A model generated the notes under the pieces. That model made no database searches, was not told where the DNA came from, and worked only from the letters and a program-made list of their open reading frames with translations. A program made the position numbers and the translations under genes. Shown here piece after piece: positions 1 to 14,000 of a stretch of 64,000 bases of DNA. The stretch lies in assembly GCF_006345805.1 (NCBI RefSeq), contig NC_043011.1:16876464-16940463 (forward strand), in the 5' to 3' direction. The first letter of the stretch is position 1. The number at the start of each line of letters is the position of its first letter. Source of the stretch: Octopus sinensis. Lineage: Eukaryota.

Positions 1-198
1 TGTCCCCCTAGCATTGCTTGACAACCGATGCTGGTGTGTTTACGTCCCTGTCACTTAGTGGTTCGACAAAACAGACCGATAGAATAAGTACTGGGCTTAC
101 AAAGAATAAGTCCTGGGGTCGATTTGCTCGACTAAAGGCGGTGCTCCAGCATGGCTGCAATCAAATGACAAACAAGTAAAAGAGTAAAAGAGTAAAAG
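1..198 (+). mobile_element. SINE family A (CORE-like tRNA-derived SINE), 3' half, cut by window edge
   Basis: Matches the 3' half of full copies at 27284-27680 and 40375-40777 and ends in the (AGTAAAAG)n tail. Confidence 0.85.
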
Positions 199-233
<35 letters not shown>

Positions 234-270
234 TATATATATACATATATACATATATACATACATAAAT

Positions 271-426
271 ACAACAGGCTTTCAGTTTCTGTATATCAAA
301 TACACTCACTTTGGTCAGCCTGAGGCTATAATAGGAGACACTTGCCCAAGGTGCCACACAGTGGGACTGAACCAAGAACCATGTGTTTGGGAAGCTGGCT
401 TCTTACCACACAGCCACTCCTGTGCC
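271..426 (-). mobile_element. SINE family A, 5' half
   Basis: Reverse complement reads GGCACAGGAGTGGCTGTGTGGTAAG...GGTTCAGTCCCACTG...CCTTGGGCAAGTGTC (tRNA-like A/B boxes plus CORE-like segment). Confidence 0.8.
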
Positions 427-1479
427 TATATATATATGTAAAACGTTATATATATATCTATATATGCATACGTGTGTATGTGTATGTGTGCACACATACA
501 CTCACACAATGTGTGTAAGTGTATAATCAATATTACCGAACATGTGCAACTGTCATACAATGTTACTTCTTAAGTAAACATACTGAAATTGCTAATCTTA
601 AATGTTGAATAGATAAAAAAAGTTGCAATAACATCACTTTCAATTTAACCTTTAGGTATTTACAGTAAACTCTATGAGACGATACACACCTCTGAAATGT
701 GGATTGTAATTATATGTGTGTACACAATTCTTTCTATAAATAATATGAAGATATCGTTTTTCTCTTCTCTTTTCAGTTTACTTTCTTCGTATCACTAATT
801 CCTAATTATTCCACTCCCCGTTCATTCTTTGATGTTTACTAATTTCTTGCCATTAGTATATTACTGTTATTTTGCCTCGTCTTACGCACCTGTTAAGTGT
901 AGCTTTTGTTTAATGTCCTATGATAAGTTAGTTGAAATGATTATTTCCTTTGACACGTACTTTATTGTTCTGATGTTTTAGAATTGTTTGTGCATTATAG
1001 ACATTCTCGATGACACTAAGAAAGACTTCTTGACACACCAGGGACAAGCCTTGATTGTGCACTATTTGCATCTTATTCTATGGATTAAATGCCTATGAAG
1101 AAAGAGCATCAAGATTGCCATTGCCTTAATGATACATGCTCAAGGTTTATTAAAAGAACCGAAATCATCTCATGGTATGTACACAAGAACAAATAAATTT
1201 ATGAACACATTTGACCCTGTCTACTATTGTTGTATAATATGGAGTAGACTTTGCTGGCTACTGCTAGCATGCTGAGCAACAGGCCATTCAGATTTTCATA
1301 CTTTAAAAGAGCACTATGACTGATATTGTTATTGACAAAAGCACATAATATGAAACAGTGTGAAGGGCTTCTGAAGCTTAGTGGGGGACAAGGATTCCTG
1401 ATGTAGCTACTTGAAGAAGGAGGAGGAGGAAAAGAAAAAGGAGGGTAGAACAAAGGAAGGTGCAGATGGAGAATGAGAA

Positions 1480-1770
1480 GAATGATGATGATGCTGATGG
1501 TGGTGGTGGTGGTGGTGATGGTGGTGGTGGTGGTGGTGGTGGTGGTAGTGGTGATGATGATGATGATGATGAAGAGAGGGAAGAGTAAGAGAGGAAGAGA
1601 GGAGATGGGAGGGTGATGTGAGGAGAAGGAGAAAATGAAGAAGCAGAAGAAGGAGGAGGAGGAAGAGGAGGAGAAGAAGAAGGATAAGAAGAAGGAGAAG
1701 AAGAAGAAGAAGAAGAAGAAGAAGAAGAAGAAGAAGAAGAAGAAAAGAAGAAGAAGAAGAAGAAAAGAAG
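1480..1770. repeat. Compound (GAT/GGT)n, GA-rich and (GAA)n microsatellite
   Basis: Direct inspection. Confidence 0.95.
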
Positions 1771-1990
1771 CAGCTGTAGCAGACTTTTTTTAAGAATTGA
1801 TGTTGGATAATTACGCCAACACTGATAAATTTTAAAACATATATTTGATAGTAATTAAATTCTGCCTACTGCTAGTAGTTATTAACAATCAACAGTTACC
1901 GATAATTGACTCTTATGTATGTTTAAATTGTACCATTAGCAAGAAATTTCAAAATATTTATTCACTTATAATTTATCACTAATAAGCTCT

Positions 1991-2314
1991 CCCTTTAGCT
2001 CTGTCAGGTGCAATGTTTTTTTTACTCAAATTGTTTTAAATTAATCATGCATCGTTTCATAGCTTTGAGATTTTGATGATGTCTCTCTCTTTACTCTTTA
2101 CTCTTTTACTTGTTTCAGTCATCTGACTGTGGCCATGCTGGAGCACTGTCTTTTAATCGAGCAACTCGACCCCACGACCTATTCTTCTCGTAAGCCCAGT
2201 ACTTATTCTATCGGTCTCTTTTACCGAACTGCTAAGTAACCGGGGCATAAACACACCAGCATCGGTTGTCAAGCAATGCTAGGGGGACAAACACAGACAC
2301 ACAAACACACACAC

Positions 2315-2355
<41 letters not shown>

Positions 2356-2672
2356 TATATATATAATATATATATACATATATACGACGGGCTTCTTTCA
2401 GTTTCCGTATACTAAATCCACTCACAAGGCTTTGGTCAGCCTGGGGCTATAGCAGAAGACACTTGCCCAAGGTGCCACGCAGTGGGACTGAACCTGGAAC
2501 CATGTGGTTGGTAAACAAGCTACTTACCACACAGCCACTCCTGCGCCTAATATGTCACTAATATTTTTAGAATAACATTGTGGTGTAGGTATGAGAAGCC
2601 AGATCTTGTCAGAGCATAAAAACAGGTAAAATATTTGGGCTGGTTATAGCCAGCTTAAATGTTAAAGGGTTA
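1991..2672 (-). mobile_element. piggyBac-type (TTAA) MITE interrupted by a SINE A
   Basis: CCCTTTAG at ~1991 and TAAAGGGTTAA at ~2670. The internal sequence is the reverse complement of the intact copy at 50353-50572. The left TTAA is not preserved. Confidence 0.6.
2087..2547 (-). mobile_element. SINE family A, full length
   Basis: Head (CACTCCTGCGCC on +), central TA/CA microsatellite and (CTTTTACT)n tail. Confidence 0.9.
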
Positions 2673-2999
2673 AATTTTTGAAACCTTTTAATATGTTGTT
2701 TTACACACAAACCAGATTACTTCAAATCTTGTACGTTTCTTAATACCTTTAATTAAGAAAACAGGTATAATATTATAAGTAAATTATGATCTTACATTTG
2801 TTCAATTTTTCATTCATTTTACTATCTCTCCAATAAATTTTGTTTTGCACATAATCAAATTAAATTATGATCATGAACATCATCACCATCATCATCATAA
2901 TCCTCATCACCAGCAACATGATATTTATTGCTTTATATTCTGTTTAGCCCTAAGTCAGATTTGACTGAATAGATATATGATCTAGATATATATAAATAG

Positions 3000-3600
3000 A
3001 TGAAAGTCCTGTCAGAGTTCAGCTGGGAAAAAAAAAAAAAATCTTTCTTTGGACTTAATTGAAATATTTTATAAAGATAATATTTCCCCTCGTGATTGAT
3101 AACATAATGGCATCTAAAGTGGCAAATTGTTGATTCCTCAAGCATAAAATTCTTTAGCTTTTGAAACAAAGAAAAATTTCAATATCATATTTAACCTCTT
3201 CACAGTTAATAAACTGTTTCCTTTCTAAATAAGGTTGCAAATATCTGAAAAGACGATTGACAGAACAAGTTCCGGGGAGTGAGAAGGATGAGACAAATCT
3301 TTCATATTTAATGCCAGAATCTTTTCCTGAGCTTCTTGGGTAATATGTGGTCTGGCATTATCCCTTTATGATTTACCATTGATGAGTACTTTTGCAGTAA
3401 ATTTTTGTTCAGTTTCTAATTGACAACAATACTTAATACATTAATTTTGGTTTACTGTTTTGGTTAACTCTTTTGAGAAGACGAGCAATTTCATGTCCAC
3501 GAAAATCAGAGCAAAAGTTTTGTTGGATGTGTCCTGGTTTGGTGATGAAATCTTCTTCATCATTGCTTTCAAGTTTTGGTACAAGGCCAGCAATTTCATG
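3000..3600 (-). pseudogene. Degenerate mariner transposase, C-terminal half
   Basis: Minus-strand translation across stops and frameshifts gives DNARPHITQEAQEKILAL..HPSHSPEL..RYLQPYLERKQF..KEFYA*GINNLPLR..VINHEGKY. These match the mariner DNARPH, HPPYSPDL and GI..LP.RW motifs. Confidence 0.8.
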
Positions 3601-4334
3601 GAAAGGATAAGTCAATTAGATCAGCCCAAGTACTCAACTTATTTTATTGACCCTGAAAGTATGAAGGAGGGCAAAGTTGACCTCTGCAGAGTCTGTACTC
3701 AGAACAAAAAGCTGGACAAAATGGAGCTAAGCATTTTGTCCAGCTTGCTAATGATTCTACCAGCTTACCACCTTGTATCTTCTTCATCAGTGGTTGCTAA
3801 GCATTATTGTTTCCATTAGATATAACTACAGAGAACCCACTTCACATCATTTTAAATGAATGAATGTATATATCTATATATGTATGATCCAACCCTGGGA
3901 AGGTTTGCCAGCAAGTTTAGTCTTTAATGATGATAAGAGGGTAATGCCTTGGTTAAGCTGAGAAGTAGATAGATGGTGAAGGACTCACTGATCAAATTTA
4001 GATACTTTTGTAGTTCGTGAAGATGTTTTATGGTTCAAGTGTGACTAGAATTGAACTGTTTTGCTAATTCTTATGTTTGGTTTGGACTTTCTTCAATTAC
4101 AGTTTTTAAAAATGCAATATTGACAGAACTTCGATTACTAGATCAATGACTATCTGTGGGAGAAAACTTTCCCAAGCAAAACTGATCAACTCATTGTGAG
4201 CATATCTGGACTCTTAAAGATACATTTCCATAGACAAAACCCATTTCTTTGATACTTCCATTGTTGAAGAGTCTGTTTTGAATTCATATAGTATGTAATG
4301 TCCAACTCATGCCAGCATAGAAAAGGGGACATTA

Positions 4335-4588
4335 GATGATGATGATAATGATGATGATGATGACGATGATGGTGGTGGAGGTGGTGGTGGTGGTGGTGGT
4401 GGTGGTGGTGATGATGGTGATGATGGTGGTGATGACGGTGGTGATGATGGTGGTGATGATGGTGATGGTGATGATGGTGATGGTGATGATGATGATGGTG
4501 CTGGGGGTGGTGGTGGTGGTGGTGATGGTGGTGGTGTTGATGATGGTGATGATGGTGGTGATGATGGTGGTGGTGGTGGTGATGGTGG

Positions 4589-4622
<34 letters not shown>
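4335..4622. repeat. (GAT/GGT)n compound trinucleotide microsatellite
   Basis: Direct inspection; explains the poly-S/P and poly-M/V ORFs. Confidence 0.95.
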
Positions 4623-4876
4623 AGCGTGGTCAAGCTATATTTCTTTACAGTCACATTGTCTTCAGAGTGTCATTATTCACCTTAAGATGGTAAGGTATGA
4701 GGGGAAAGTGGTCAGGGTTGACATGATACTTAATATAAACAGCATGAAACAGTAACAGCTTTGGGTGATTTGTAATGAAATAACCAAATGTGAAGTTCCT
4801 AATTGCATCAGCTGAAGAAATCTGAGGAATATAAGATACAGCAATTTTAATATATAATTTTAAGCAGAAGTTTCAC

Positions 4877-4926
4877 ATTTCGTATGACACTGCTAGAAAA
4901 AACTGCCGTTCAAACCGAAAAGATCC
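4877..4926 (-). mobile_element. Terminal fragment of the GGATC MITE family
   Basis: Reverse complement GGATCTTTTCGGTTTGAACGGCAGTTTTTTCTAGCAGTGTCATACGAAAT matches the start of 5318-5739. Confidence 0.8.
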
Positions 4927-5096
4927 ATGATCTATGTTTGGTGCCAGCTTGGAAACTGGAAATGTGAGGTTCGATTCTAAGTCTAACTACAGTTGTATCA
5001 AAGAGGCTGGAGAAGAGTATGATTGTAACTACAGTATTGCTACTACTGGTGGTAATGGTGACACTGATAATGGTTATGAAAGTGGGAAGGATGATC

Positions 5097-5263
5097 AATT
5101 TGTCAAATTTGCAAAATATCGCTATCTAAAGCTAAAAATGATGTAAAGCAATGCAAAATAACTTCAATGATGTAAGTATCGATAAAAGGGTGAGCCAGAA
5201 TAATGAACAGTGGTGATTATGACAACTACGCAACTATGAAAGATGCAGGAAAAAAGCAGGAAT
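5097..5263 (+). repeat. 167-bp direct duplication, copy 1
   Basis: Identical by eye to 6448-6614. Confidence 0.9.
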
Positions 5264-5317
5264 TGGTGATGAAGCTCATATTAATACTGGGTTAAAATAT
5301 AATAAAGAAGAAATAAA

Positions 5318-5739
5318 GGATCTTTTCGGTTTGAACGGCAGTTTTTTCTAGCGGTGTCATATGAAATTGTCACCCATAATTATGACCCTAATATCGAACT
5401 ATTGCATTTCAAACTATTTTAGGGTTAGGGTTAGTTAGGGATGGGGGGAAGGGTATATTTTTTTCTTCACAAATGTAAATAAACCCAATCTGTTTCTTAA
5501 ATGAGGGACGTATTCATACGACACAGAATGTTTTTTACCTCAATAGACATCACTGATTGGTTGAAACTGCAGAAATTAAAGAAAAAACAACAACAAATGT
5601 CTTACAAACCATAGAATTTTCTCAATAAAGACAAGAGAAAAAGATGTTTTATAAACACATTCTACCAGTATGTAAAATTTAAAATGTTTTAGTTATCTAG
5701 AAATTATGTTAAAAATTGCCGTTCAAACTGAAAAGATCC
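5318..5739 (+). mobile_element. MITE with ~28-bp TIRs (GGATCTTTTCGGTTTGAACGGCAGTTTT), 8-bp TSD and internal TTAGGG repeats
   Basis: TIRs at both ends; TSD GAAATAAA at 5310-5317 and 5740-5747. Confidence 0.9.
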
Positions 5740-6447
5740 GAAATAAATTCCAGATAAAGACAGCATGAACATCACAGCTTCATTTTCCTTCTTTACTCTG
5801 AGTAACACAAACCTCCATAGATTTATTTGAAAACTCATTAATTTTGTTATTTTGGTGAAATGAAGTATGTATTCCTGTATGATTATAATCAAATATATTG
5901 GTTTTAACTAATGAATAATTTAACAATTAAGAAGAAAATAATGGAAAACAGAGGATAAATATGTTTAACAGAATTAGAATTTAAATGTAGAATTTTTAAA
6001 AAAACACAACTGAATGTCATTTAATTAATGATGATTAATTACATGAAGGTGGGGGGTAAATACAAATATAAAACTTCTTCATTGCATGTGAATATACTCA
6101 GAAATTAATCAAAGTAGTTTGCTTTGGTAAAAATAGACCAAACACATCTGAATTTCATTTGAATCAATGATCAAACACCCTCTTTGATAGTCTGTAGTTA
6201 AAGCATTTGATATAAGCTGTGATTTAATGAATTTCAATAATTAAAACAAAATAATAATAAAAAAATGATTTTAGAATTTAACTGAAGACTAAAAAAAAAT
6301 CTGCTGACTCAAATAAAATTTAACAAAGAGATAAAATAAATTTCATACGATATAAAAGCAAATTACTAAATTATCTTTAGATAGAGATAAATAATAATTA
6401 ACATTGCAGCTCTCACCCTCCTCCTCACCAAGAGATGAAAAGAAACT

Positions 6448-6614
6448 AATTTGTCAAATTTGCAAAATATCGCTATCTAAAGCTAAAAATGATGTAAAGC
6501 AATGCAAAATAACTTCAATGATGTAAGTATCGATAAAAGGGTGAGCCAGAATAATGAACAGTGGTGATTATGACAACTACGCAACTATGAAAGATGCAGG
6601 AAAAAAGCAGGAAT
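6448..6614 (+). repeat. 167-bp direct duplication, copy 2
   Basis: Identical by eye to 5097-5263. Confidence 0.9.
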
Positions 6615-6714
6615 ATAGAAAGGATGAGAAGTATGATGGTGTATAAAAAAAAAACAACCCAAAACGAGAAGACAGCAATTGTTATCTTGTTCTTCATAAA
6701 AATAGTGAGGAAAT

Positions 6715-6955
6715 GTATGTGTGTGTGTGTGCGTGTGTGTGTGTGTGTGTGTATACATGCATACATATATATGAGTATATATATGTGTGTGTATAAATGC
6801 ATATATATATATGTATGTATGTGTGTGTGTATTATGTGTGCATGTGTCTATATGTATGTATATATGTATATATATATATATATATAATTATATTTATTAT
6901 ATATATATATTATATTATGTATATATTCATATATATATATATGTGTATGTGTGTG

Positions 6956-7004
<49 letters not shown>

Positions 7005-7015
7005 GTGTGTGTTTG

Positions 7016-7046
<31 letters not shown>

Positions 7047-7230
7047 ATGTATGCATGCATGTATATGTATGCATATATGTATGTATGTGTGCATATATGT
7101 ATGTATGCTTGAATGTAAGTATGTATGTATGTATGTATGTTTGAATGTAAGTATGTATGAATGAATGAATGTATGTATGTATGTATGTATGTATGTATGT
7201 ATGTGTGTGCATGTGTGTATATATACATGC
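6715..7230. repeat. Compound (TG)n/(TA)n/(ATGT)n microsatellite
   Basis: Direct inspection. Confidence 0.95.
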
Positions 7231-7750
7231 ATAATTTCTTATCATTCAAGATCGTTTTGAGGTTAGGTTTTGTTCAAATATTGAATGCCAGTGTTATAGT
7301 TACTGACACAGAAATCACAGAAACATCTAATAAGCAAGAAAACAAAAAAAAAAAAAAACAGATAAAAAGATGAAGAAGAATGCATATTGATCTGTGATTA
7401 TATTTATTTGGCACCAAGCTGGCACCAAAGAAAATTTAAACTATCACAAGAAATAATATTATGTATAGCTGAAATCATGGAAAATATATAATATAAAAAA
7501 AAAAATATCAAAGGCAATTTATTGCCAACTGTAATAAGGATAATGAAAGAAAACGAAAATAAATGGGAGGATGAATCCATCAACCTATGGTTTCTGTCTC
7601 AGAAGGTTTTTTTTTTTGTTTTTTTTTTGTCTTTTATGGATCTTTTCATCCCTTTATATTTCAATGTTTCTGTATTGTAATGTAGTTTGTATACAACTTT
7701 TGGAGTAGTTTCACTCTGCAACTGTCTTAGGTAGATGTAGTATTATTGTA

Positions 7751-7915
7751 TATTACAAGGATGTTGGGTGAAAATTAACATTCATATTTGCGAGTTAACT
7801 TTGGCATTCTTTCATCGACCTTTCACAAATCATAGTGCCACATAAAAGGCACTGGTACTGCTGCCACATACAAAGCACTTGTGCTGATGCCTTATAAAAA
7901 ACGCTGGGGATGGTT
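7751..7915 (+). repeat. Left arm of the 165-bp inverted repeat bracketing the satellite
   Basis: Ungapped match to the reverse complement of 21423-21587 with 13 mismatches; the inner half carries degenerate satellite monomers. Confidence 0.95.
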
Positions 7916-8009
7916 CCACATGAAGAACACTGTTGTTAGTGTCGCATAAAAAGTGCTGGTGCCATATAAAAAGCACTGGTGCTAGATCAACATAAAAAAT
8001 ACTAGTGCA

Positions 8010-11000
8010 GGTTCCACATAAAAAGCATTGGGACAGGTGCCACATAAAAGTACTGATGAAGGTTACACATAAAAAGCATTGGGACAGGTGCCACATAAAA
8101 GCACTGATGAAGGTTCCACATAAAAAGCATTGGGACAGGTGCCACATAAAAAGCACTGATGAAGGTTACACATAAAAAGCATTGGGACAGGTGCCACATA
8201 AAAAGCACTGATGAAGGTTACACATAAAAAGCATTGGGACAGGTGCCACATAAAAAGCACTGATGAAGGTTACACATAAAAAGCATTGGGACAGTGACAC
8301 ATAAAAAGCATTGGGACAGGTTCCACATAAAAAGCACTGATGAAGGTTACACATAAAAAGCATTGGGACAGGTGCCACATAAAAAGCACTGATGAAGGTT
8401 ACACATAAAAAGCATTGGGACAGAGACACATAAAAAGCATTGGGACAGGTTCCACATAAAAAGCACTGATGAAGGTTACACATAAAAAGCATTGGGACAG
8501 GTGCCACATAAAAAGCACTGATGAAGGTTACACATAAAAAGCATTGGGACAGTGACACATAAAAAGCACTGATGAAGGTTCCACATAAAAAGCATTGGGA
8601 CAGGTGCCACATAAAAAGCACTGATGAAGGTTCCACATAAAAAGCATTGGGACAGGTGCCACATAAAAAGCACTGATGAAGGTTACACATAAAAAGCATT
8701 GGGACAGTGACACATAAAAAGCACTGATGAAGGTTCCACATAAAAAGCATTGGGACAGGTGCCACATAAAAAGCACTGATGAAGGTTCCACATAAAAAGC
8801 ATTGGGACAGGTGCCACATAAAAAGCACTGATGAAGGTTACACATAAAAAGCATTGGGACAGAGACACATAAAAAGCATTGGGACAGGTGCCACATAAAA
8901 AGCACTGATGAAGGTTACACATAAAAAGCATTGGGACAGGTGCCACATAAAAGCACTGATGAAGGTTACACATAAAAAGCATTGGGACAGGTGTCACATA
9001 AAAGCACTGGTGAAGGTTCCACATAAAAAGCATTGGACAGGTGCCACATAAAAAGCACTGATGAAGGTTACACATAAAAAGCATTGGCAGTGACACATAA
9101 AAAGCATTGGGACAGGTGCCACATAAAAGCACTGATGAAGTTCCACATAAAAAGCATTGGGACAGGTGCCACATAAAAGCACTGATGAAGGTTACACATA
9201 AAAAGCATTGGGACAGGTGTCACATAAAAAGCACTGATGAAGGTTACACATAAAAAGCATTGGGACAGGTGCCACATAAAAAGCACTGATGAAGGTTACA
9301 CATAAAAAGCATTGGGACAGTGACACATAAAAAGCATTGGGACAGGTGCCACATAAAAAGCACTGATGAAGGTTCCACATAAAAAGCATTGGGACAGGTG
9401 CCACATAAAAGCACTGATGAAGGTTACACATAAAAAGCATTGGGACAGGTGTCACATAAAAAGCATTGGGACAGGTGCCACATAAAAAGCACTGATGAAG
9501 GTTACACATAAAAAGCATTGGGACAGTGACACATAAAAAGCATTGGGACAGGTGCCACATAAAAAGCACTGATGAAGGTTCCACATAAAAAGCATTGGGA
9601 CAGGTGCCACATAAAAGCACTGATGAAGGTTACACATAAAAAGCATTGGGACAGGTGTCACATAAAAAGCACTGATGAAGGTTCCACATAAAAAGCATTG
9701 GGACAGGTGCCACATAAAAAGCACTGATGAAGGTTACACATAAAAAGCATTGGGACAGTGACACATAAAAAGCATTGGGACAGGTGCCACATAAAAAGCA
9801 CTGATGAAGGTTCCACATAAAAAGCATTGGGACAGGTGCCACATAAAAGCACTGATGAAGGTTACACATAAAAAAGCATTGGGACAGGTGTCACATAAAA
9901 AGCACTGATGAAGGTTACACATAAAAGCATTGGGACAGTGACACATAAAAGCATTGGGACAGGTGCCACATAAAAAGCACTGATGAAGGTTACACATAAA
10001 AAGCATTGGGACAGGTGCCACATAAAAGCACTGATGAAGGTTACACATAAAAAGCATTGGGACAGGTGCCACATAAAAAGCACTGATGAAGATTACACAT
10101 AAAAAGCATTGGGACAGGTGCCACATAAAAGCACTGATGAAGGTTACACATAAAAAGCATTGGACAGGTGTCACATAAAAAGCACTGATGAAGGTTACAC
10201 ATAAAAAGCATTGGGACAGGTGCCACATAAAAAGCACTGATGAAGGTTCCACATAAAAAGCATTGGGACAGGTGCCACATAAAAAGCACTGATGAAGGTT
10301 ACACATAAAAAGCATTGGGACAGTGACACATAAAAAGCATTGGGACAGGTGCCACATAAAAAGCACTGATGAAGGTTACACATAAAAAGCATTGGGACAG
10401 GTGCCACATAAAAGCACTGATGAAGGTTCCACATAAAAAGCATTGGGACAGGTGTCACATAAAAAGCACTGATGAAGGTTACACATAAAAAGCATTGGGA
10501 CAGGTGCCACATAAAAAGCACTGATGAAGGTTCCACATAAAAAGCATTGGGACAGGTGCCACATAAAAAGCACTGATGAAGGTTCCACATAAAAAGCATT
10601 GGGACAGGTGCCACATAAAAAGCACTGATGAAGGTTACACATAAAAAGCATTGGGACAGTGACACATAAAAAGCACTGATGAAGGTTACACATAAAAAGC
10701 ATTGGGACAGTGACACATAAAAAGCACTGTGAAGGTTCCACATAAAAGCATTGGGACAGGTGCCACATAAAAAGCACTGATGAAGGTTCCACATAAAAAG
10801 CATTGGGACAGGTGCCACATAAAAAGCACTGATGAAGGTTACACATAAAAAAGCATTGGGACAGTGACACATAAAAGCACTGATGAAGGTTACACATAAA
10901 AAGCATTGGGACAGGTGCCACATAAAAAGCACTGATGAAGGTTCCACATAAAAGCATTGGGACAGGTGCCACATAAAAAGCACTGATGAAGGTTACACAT

Positions 11001-14000
11001 AAAAAGCATTGGGACAGTGACACATAAAAACACTGATGAAGGTTACACATAAAAGCATTGGGACAGGTGCCACATAAAAAGCACTGATGAAGGTTCCACA
11101 TAAAAAAGCATTGGGACAGGTGTCACATAAAAAGCACTGATGAAGGTTACACATAAAAAGCATTGGGACAGGTGCCACATAAAAGCACTGATGAAGGTTC
11201 CACATAAAAAGCATTGGGACAGGTGCCACATAAAAAGCACTGATGAAGGTTACACATAAAAAGCATTGGGACAGTGACACATAAAAAGCACTGATGAAGG
11301 TTACACATAAAAAGCATTGGGACAGGTGTCACATAAAAAGCACTGATGAAGGTTACACATAAAAAGCATTGGGACAGGTGCCACATAAAAAGCACTGATG
11401 AAGGTTCCACATAAAAAGCATTGGGACAGGTGTCACATAAAAGCACTGATGAAGGTTACACATAAAAGCATTGGGACAGGTGCCACATAAAAAGCACTGA
11501 TGAAGGTTCCACATAAAAAGCATTGGGACAGGTGCCACATAAAAAGCACTGATGAAGGTTCCACATAAAATGAACTGATGAAGGTTCCACATAAAATGAA
11601 CTGATGAAGGTTCCACATAAAAAGCATTGGGATAGGTCCCACATAAATGGCACTGGTGAAGGTTCCACATAAAAAGCATTGGGACAGGTGCCACATAAAA
11701 AGCACTGATGAGGTTACACATAAAAAGCATTGGGACAGTGTCACATAAAAAGCACTGATGAAGGTTACACATAAAAAGCATTGGGACAGTGACACATAAA
11801 AGCACTGATGAAGGTTACACATAAAAAGCATTGGGACAGGTGCCACATAAAAAGCACTGATGAAGGTTCCACATAAAAAGCATTGGGACAGGTGCCACAT
11901 AAAAAGCACTGATGAAGGTTCCACATAAAATGAACTGATGAAGGTTCCACATAAAATGAACTGATGAAGGTTCCACATAAAAAGCATTGGGATAGGTCCC
12001 ACATAAATGGCACTGGTGAAGGTTCCACATAAAAAGCATTGGGACAGGTGCCACATAAAAAGCACTGATGAAGGTTACACATAAAAAGCATTGGGACAGG
12101 TGTCACATAAAAAGCACTGATGAAGGTTACACATAAAAAGCATTGGGACAGTGACACATAAAAAGCACTGATGAAGGTTACACATAAAAAGCATTGGGAC
12201 AGGTGTCACATAAAAAGCACTGATGAAGGTTACACATAAAAAGCATTGGGACAGGTGCCACATAAAAAGCACTGATGAAGGTTCCACATAAAAAGCATTG
12301 GGACAGGTGTCACATAAAAAGCACTGATGAAGGTTACACATAAAAAGCATTGGGACAGGTGCCACATAAAAAGCACTGATGAAGGTTCCACATAAAAAGC
12401 ATTGGGACAGGTGCCACATAAAAAGCACTGATGAAGGTTACACATAAAAAGCATTGGGACAGTGACACATAAAAAGCACTGATGAAGGTTACACATAAAA
12501 AGCATTGGGACAGGTGCCACATAAAAAGCACTGATGAAGGTTCCACATAAAAAGCATTGGGACAGGTGTCACATAAAAAGCACTGATGAAGGTTACACAT
12601 AAAAAGCATTGGGACAGGTGCCACATAAAAAGCACTGATGAAGGTCCACATAAAAAGCATTGGGACAGGTGCCACATAAAAAGCACTGATGAAGGTTCCA
12701 CATAAAAGCATTGGGACAGGTGCCACATAAAAAGCACTGATGAAGGTTACACATAAAAAGCATTGGACAGTGACACATAAAAAGCACTGATGAAGGTTAC
12801 ACATAAAAGCATTGGACAGTGACACATAAAAAGCACTGGTGAAGGTTCCACATAAAAAGCATTGGGACAGGTGCCACATAAAAAGCACTGATGAAGGTTC
12901 CACATAAAAAGCATTGGGACAGGTGCCACATAAAAAGCACTGATGAAGGTTACACATAAAAAGCATTGGGACAGTGACACATAAAAAGCACTGATGAAGG
13001 TTACACATAAAAAGCATTGGGACAGTGACACATAAAAAGCACTGATGAAGGTTCCACATAAAAAGCATTGGGACAGTGACACATAAAAAGCACTGGTGAA
13101 GGTTCCACATAAAAAGCATTGGGACAGGTGCCACATAAAAAGCACTGATGAAGGTTACACATAAAAAGCATTGGGACAGGTGCCACATAAAAAGCACTGA
13201 TGAAGGTTACACATAAAAAGCATTGGGACAGGTGCCACATAAAAAGCACTGATGAAGGTTCCACATAAAAAGCATTGGGACAGGTGCCACATAAAAAGCA
13301 CTGATGAAGGTTACACATAAAAAGCATTGGGACAGGTGCCACATAAAAAGCACTGATGAAGGTTACACATAAAAAGCATTGGGACAGGTGCCACATAAAA
13401 AGCACTGATGAAGGTTCCACATAAAAAGCATTGGGACAGTGACACATAAAAAGCATTGGGACAGGTGCCACATAAAAAGCACTGATGAAGGTTACACATA
13501 AAAAGCATTGGGACAGGTGCCACATAAAAGCACTGATGAAGGTTCCACATAAAAAGCATTGGGACAGGTGTCACATAAAAAGCACTGATGAAGGTTACAC
13601 ATAAAAAGCATTGGGACACATTGGGGCACTGAGCAGGTGCACATAAAAAGCCTGAAAGGTTACACATAAAAAGCATTGGGACAGTGACACATAAAAAGCA
13701 TTGGGACAGGTGCCACATAAAAAGCACTGATGAAGGTTACACATAAAAAGCATTGGGACAGGTGCCACATAAAAGCACTGATGAAGGTTCCACATAAAAA
13801 GCATTGGGACAGGTGCCACATAAAAAGCACTGATGAAGGTTACACATAAAAAGCATTGGGACAGGTGCCACATAAAAAGCACTGATGAAGGTTCCACATA
13901 AAAAGCATTGGGACAAGTGCCGCATAAAAAGCACTGATGAAGGTTCCCCATAAAAAGCATTGGGACAGTGACACATAAAAAGCACTGGTGAAGGTTCCAC

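Noticed and set aside
4307-4755. Poly-S/P and poly-M/V ORFs
   Set aside because: Translations of a (GAT/GGT)n microsatellite.
5425-5445. Telomere or chromosome end suggested by TTAGGG repeats
   Set aside because: Only 2-4 units, always at the same position inside a MITE.
13615-13665. Aberrant monomers (GGGACACATTGGGGCACTGAGCAGGTGCAC...) as a foreign insert
   Set aside because: They align to X/Y monomers with several indels. Together with scattered A4/A6 and GG/GGG changes, this looks like local decay or long-read error.
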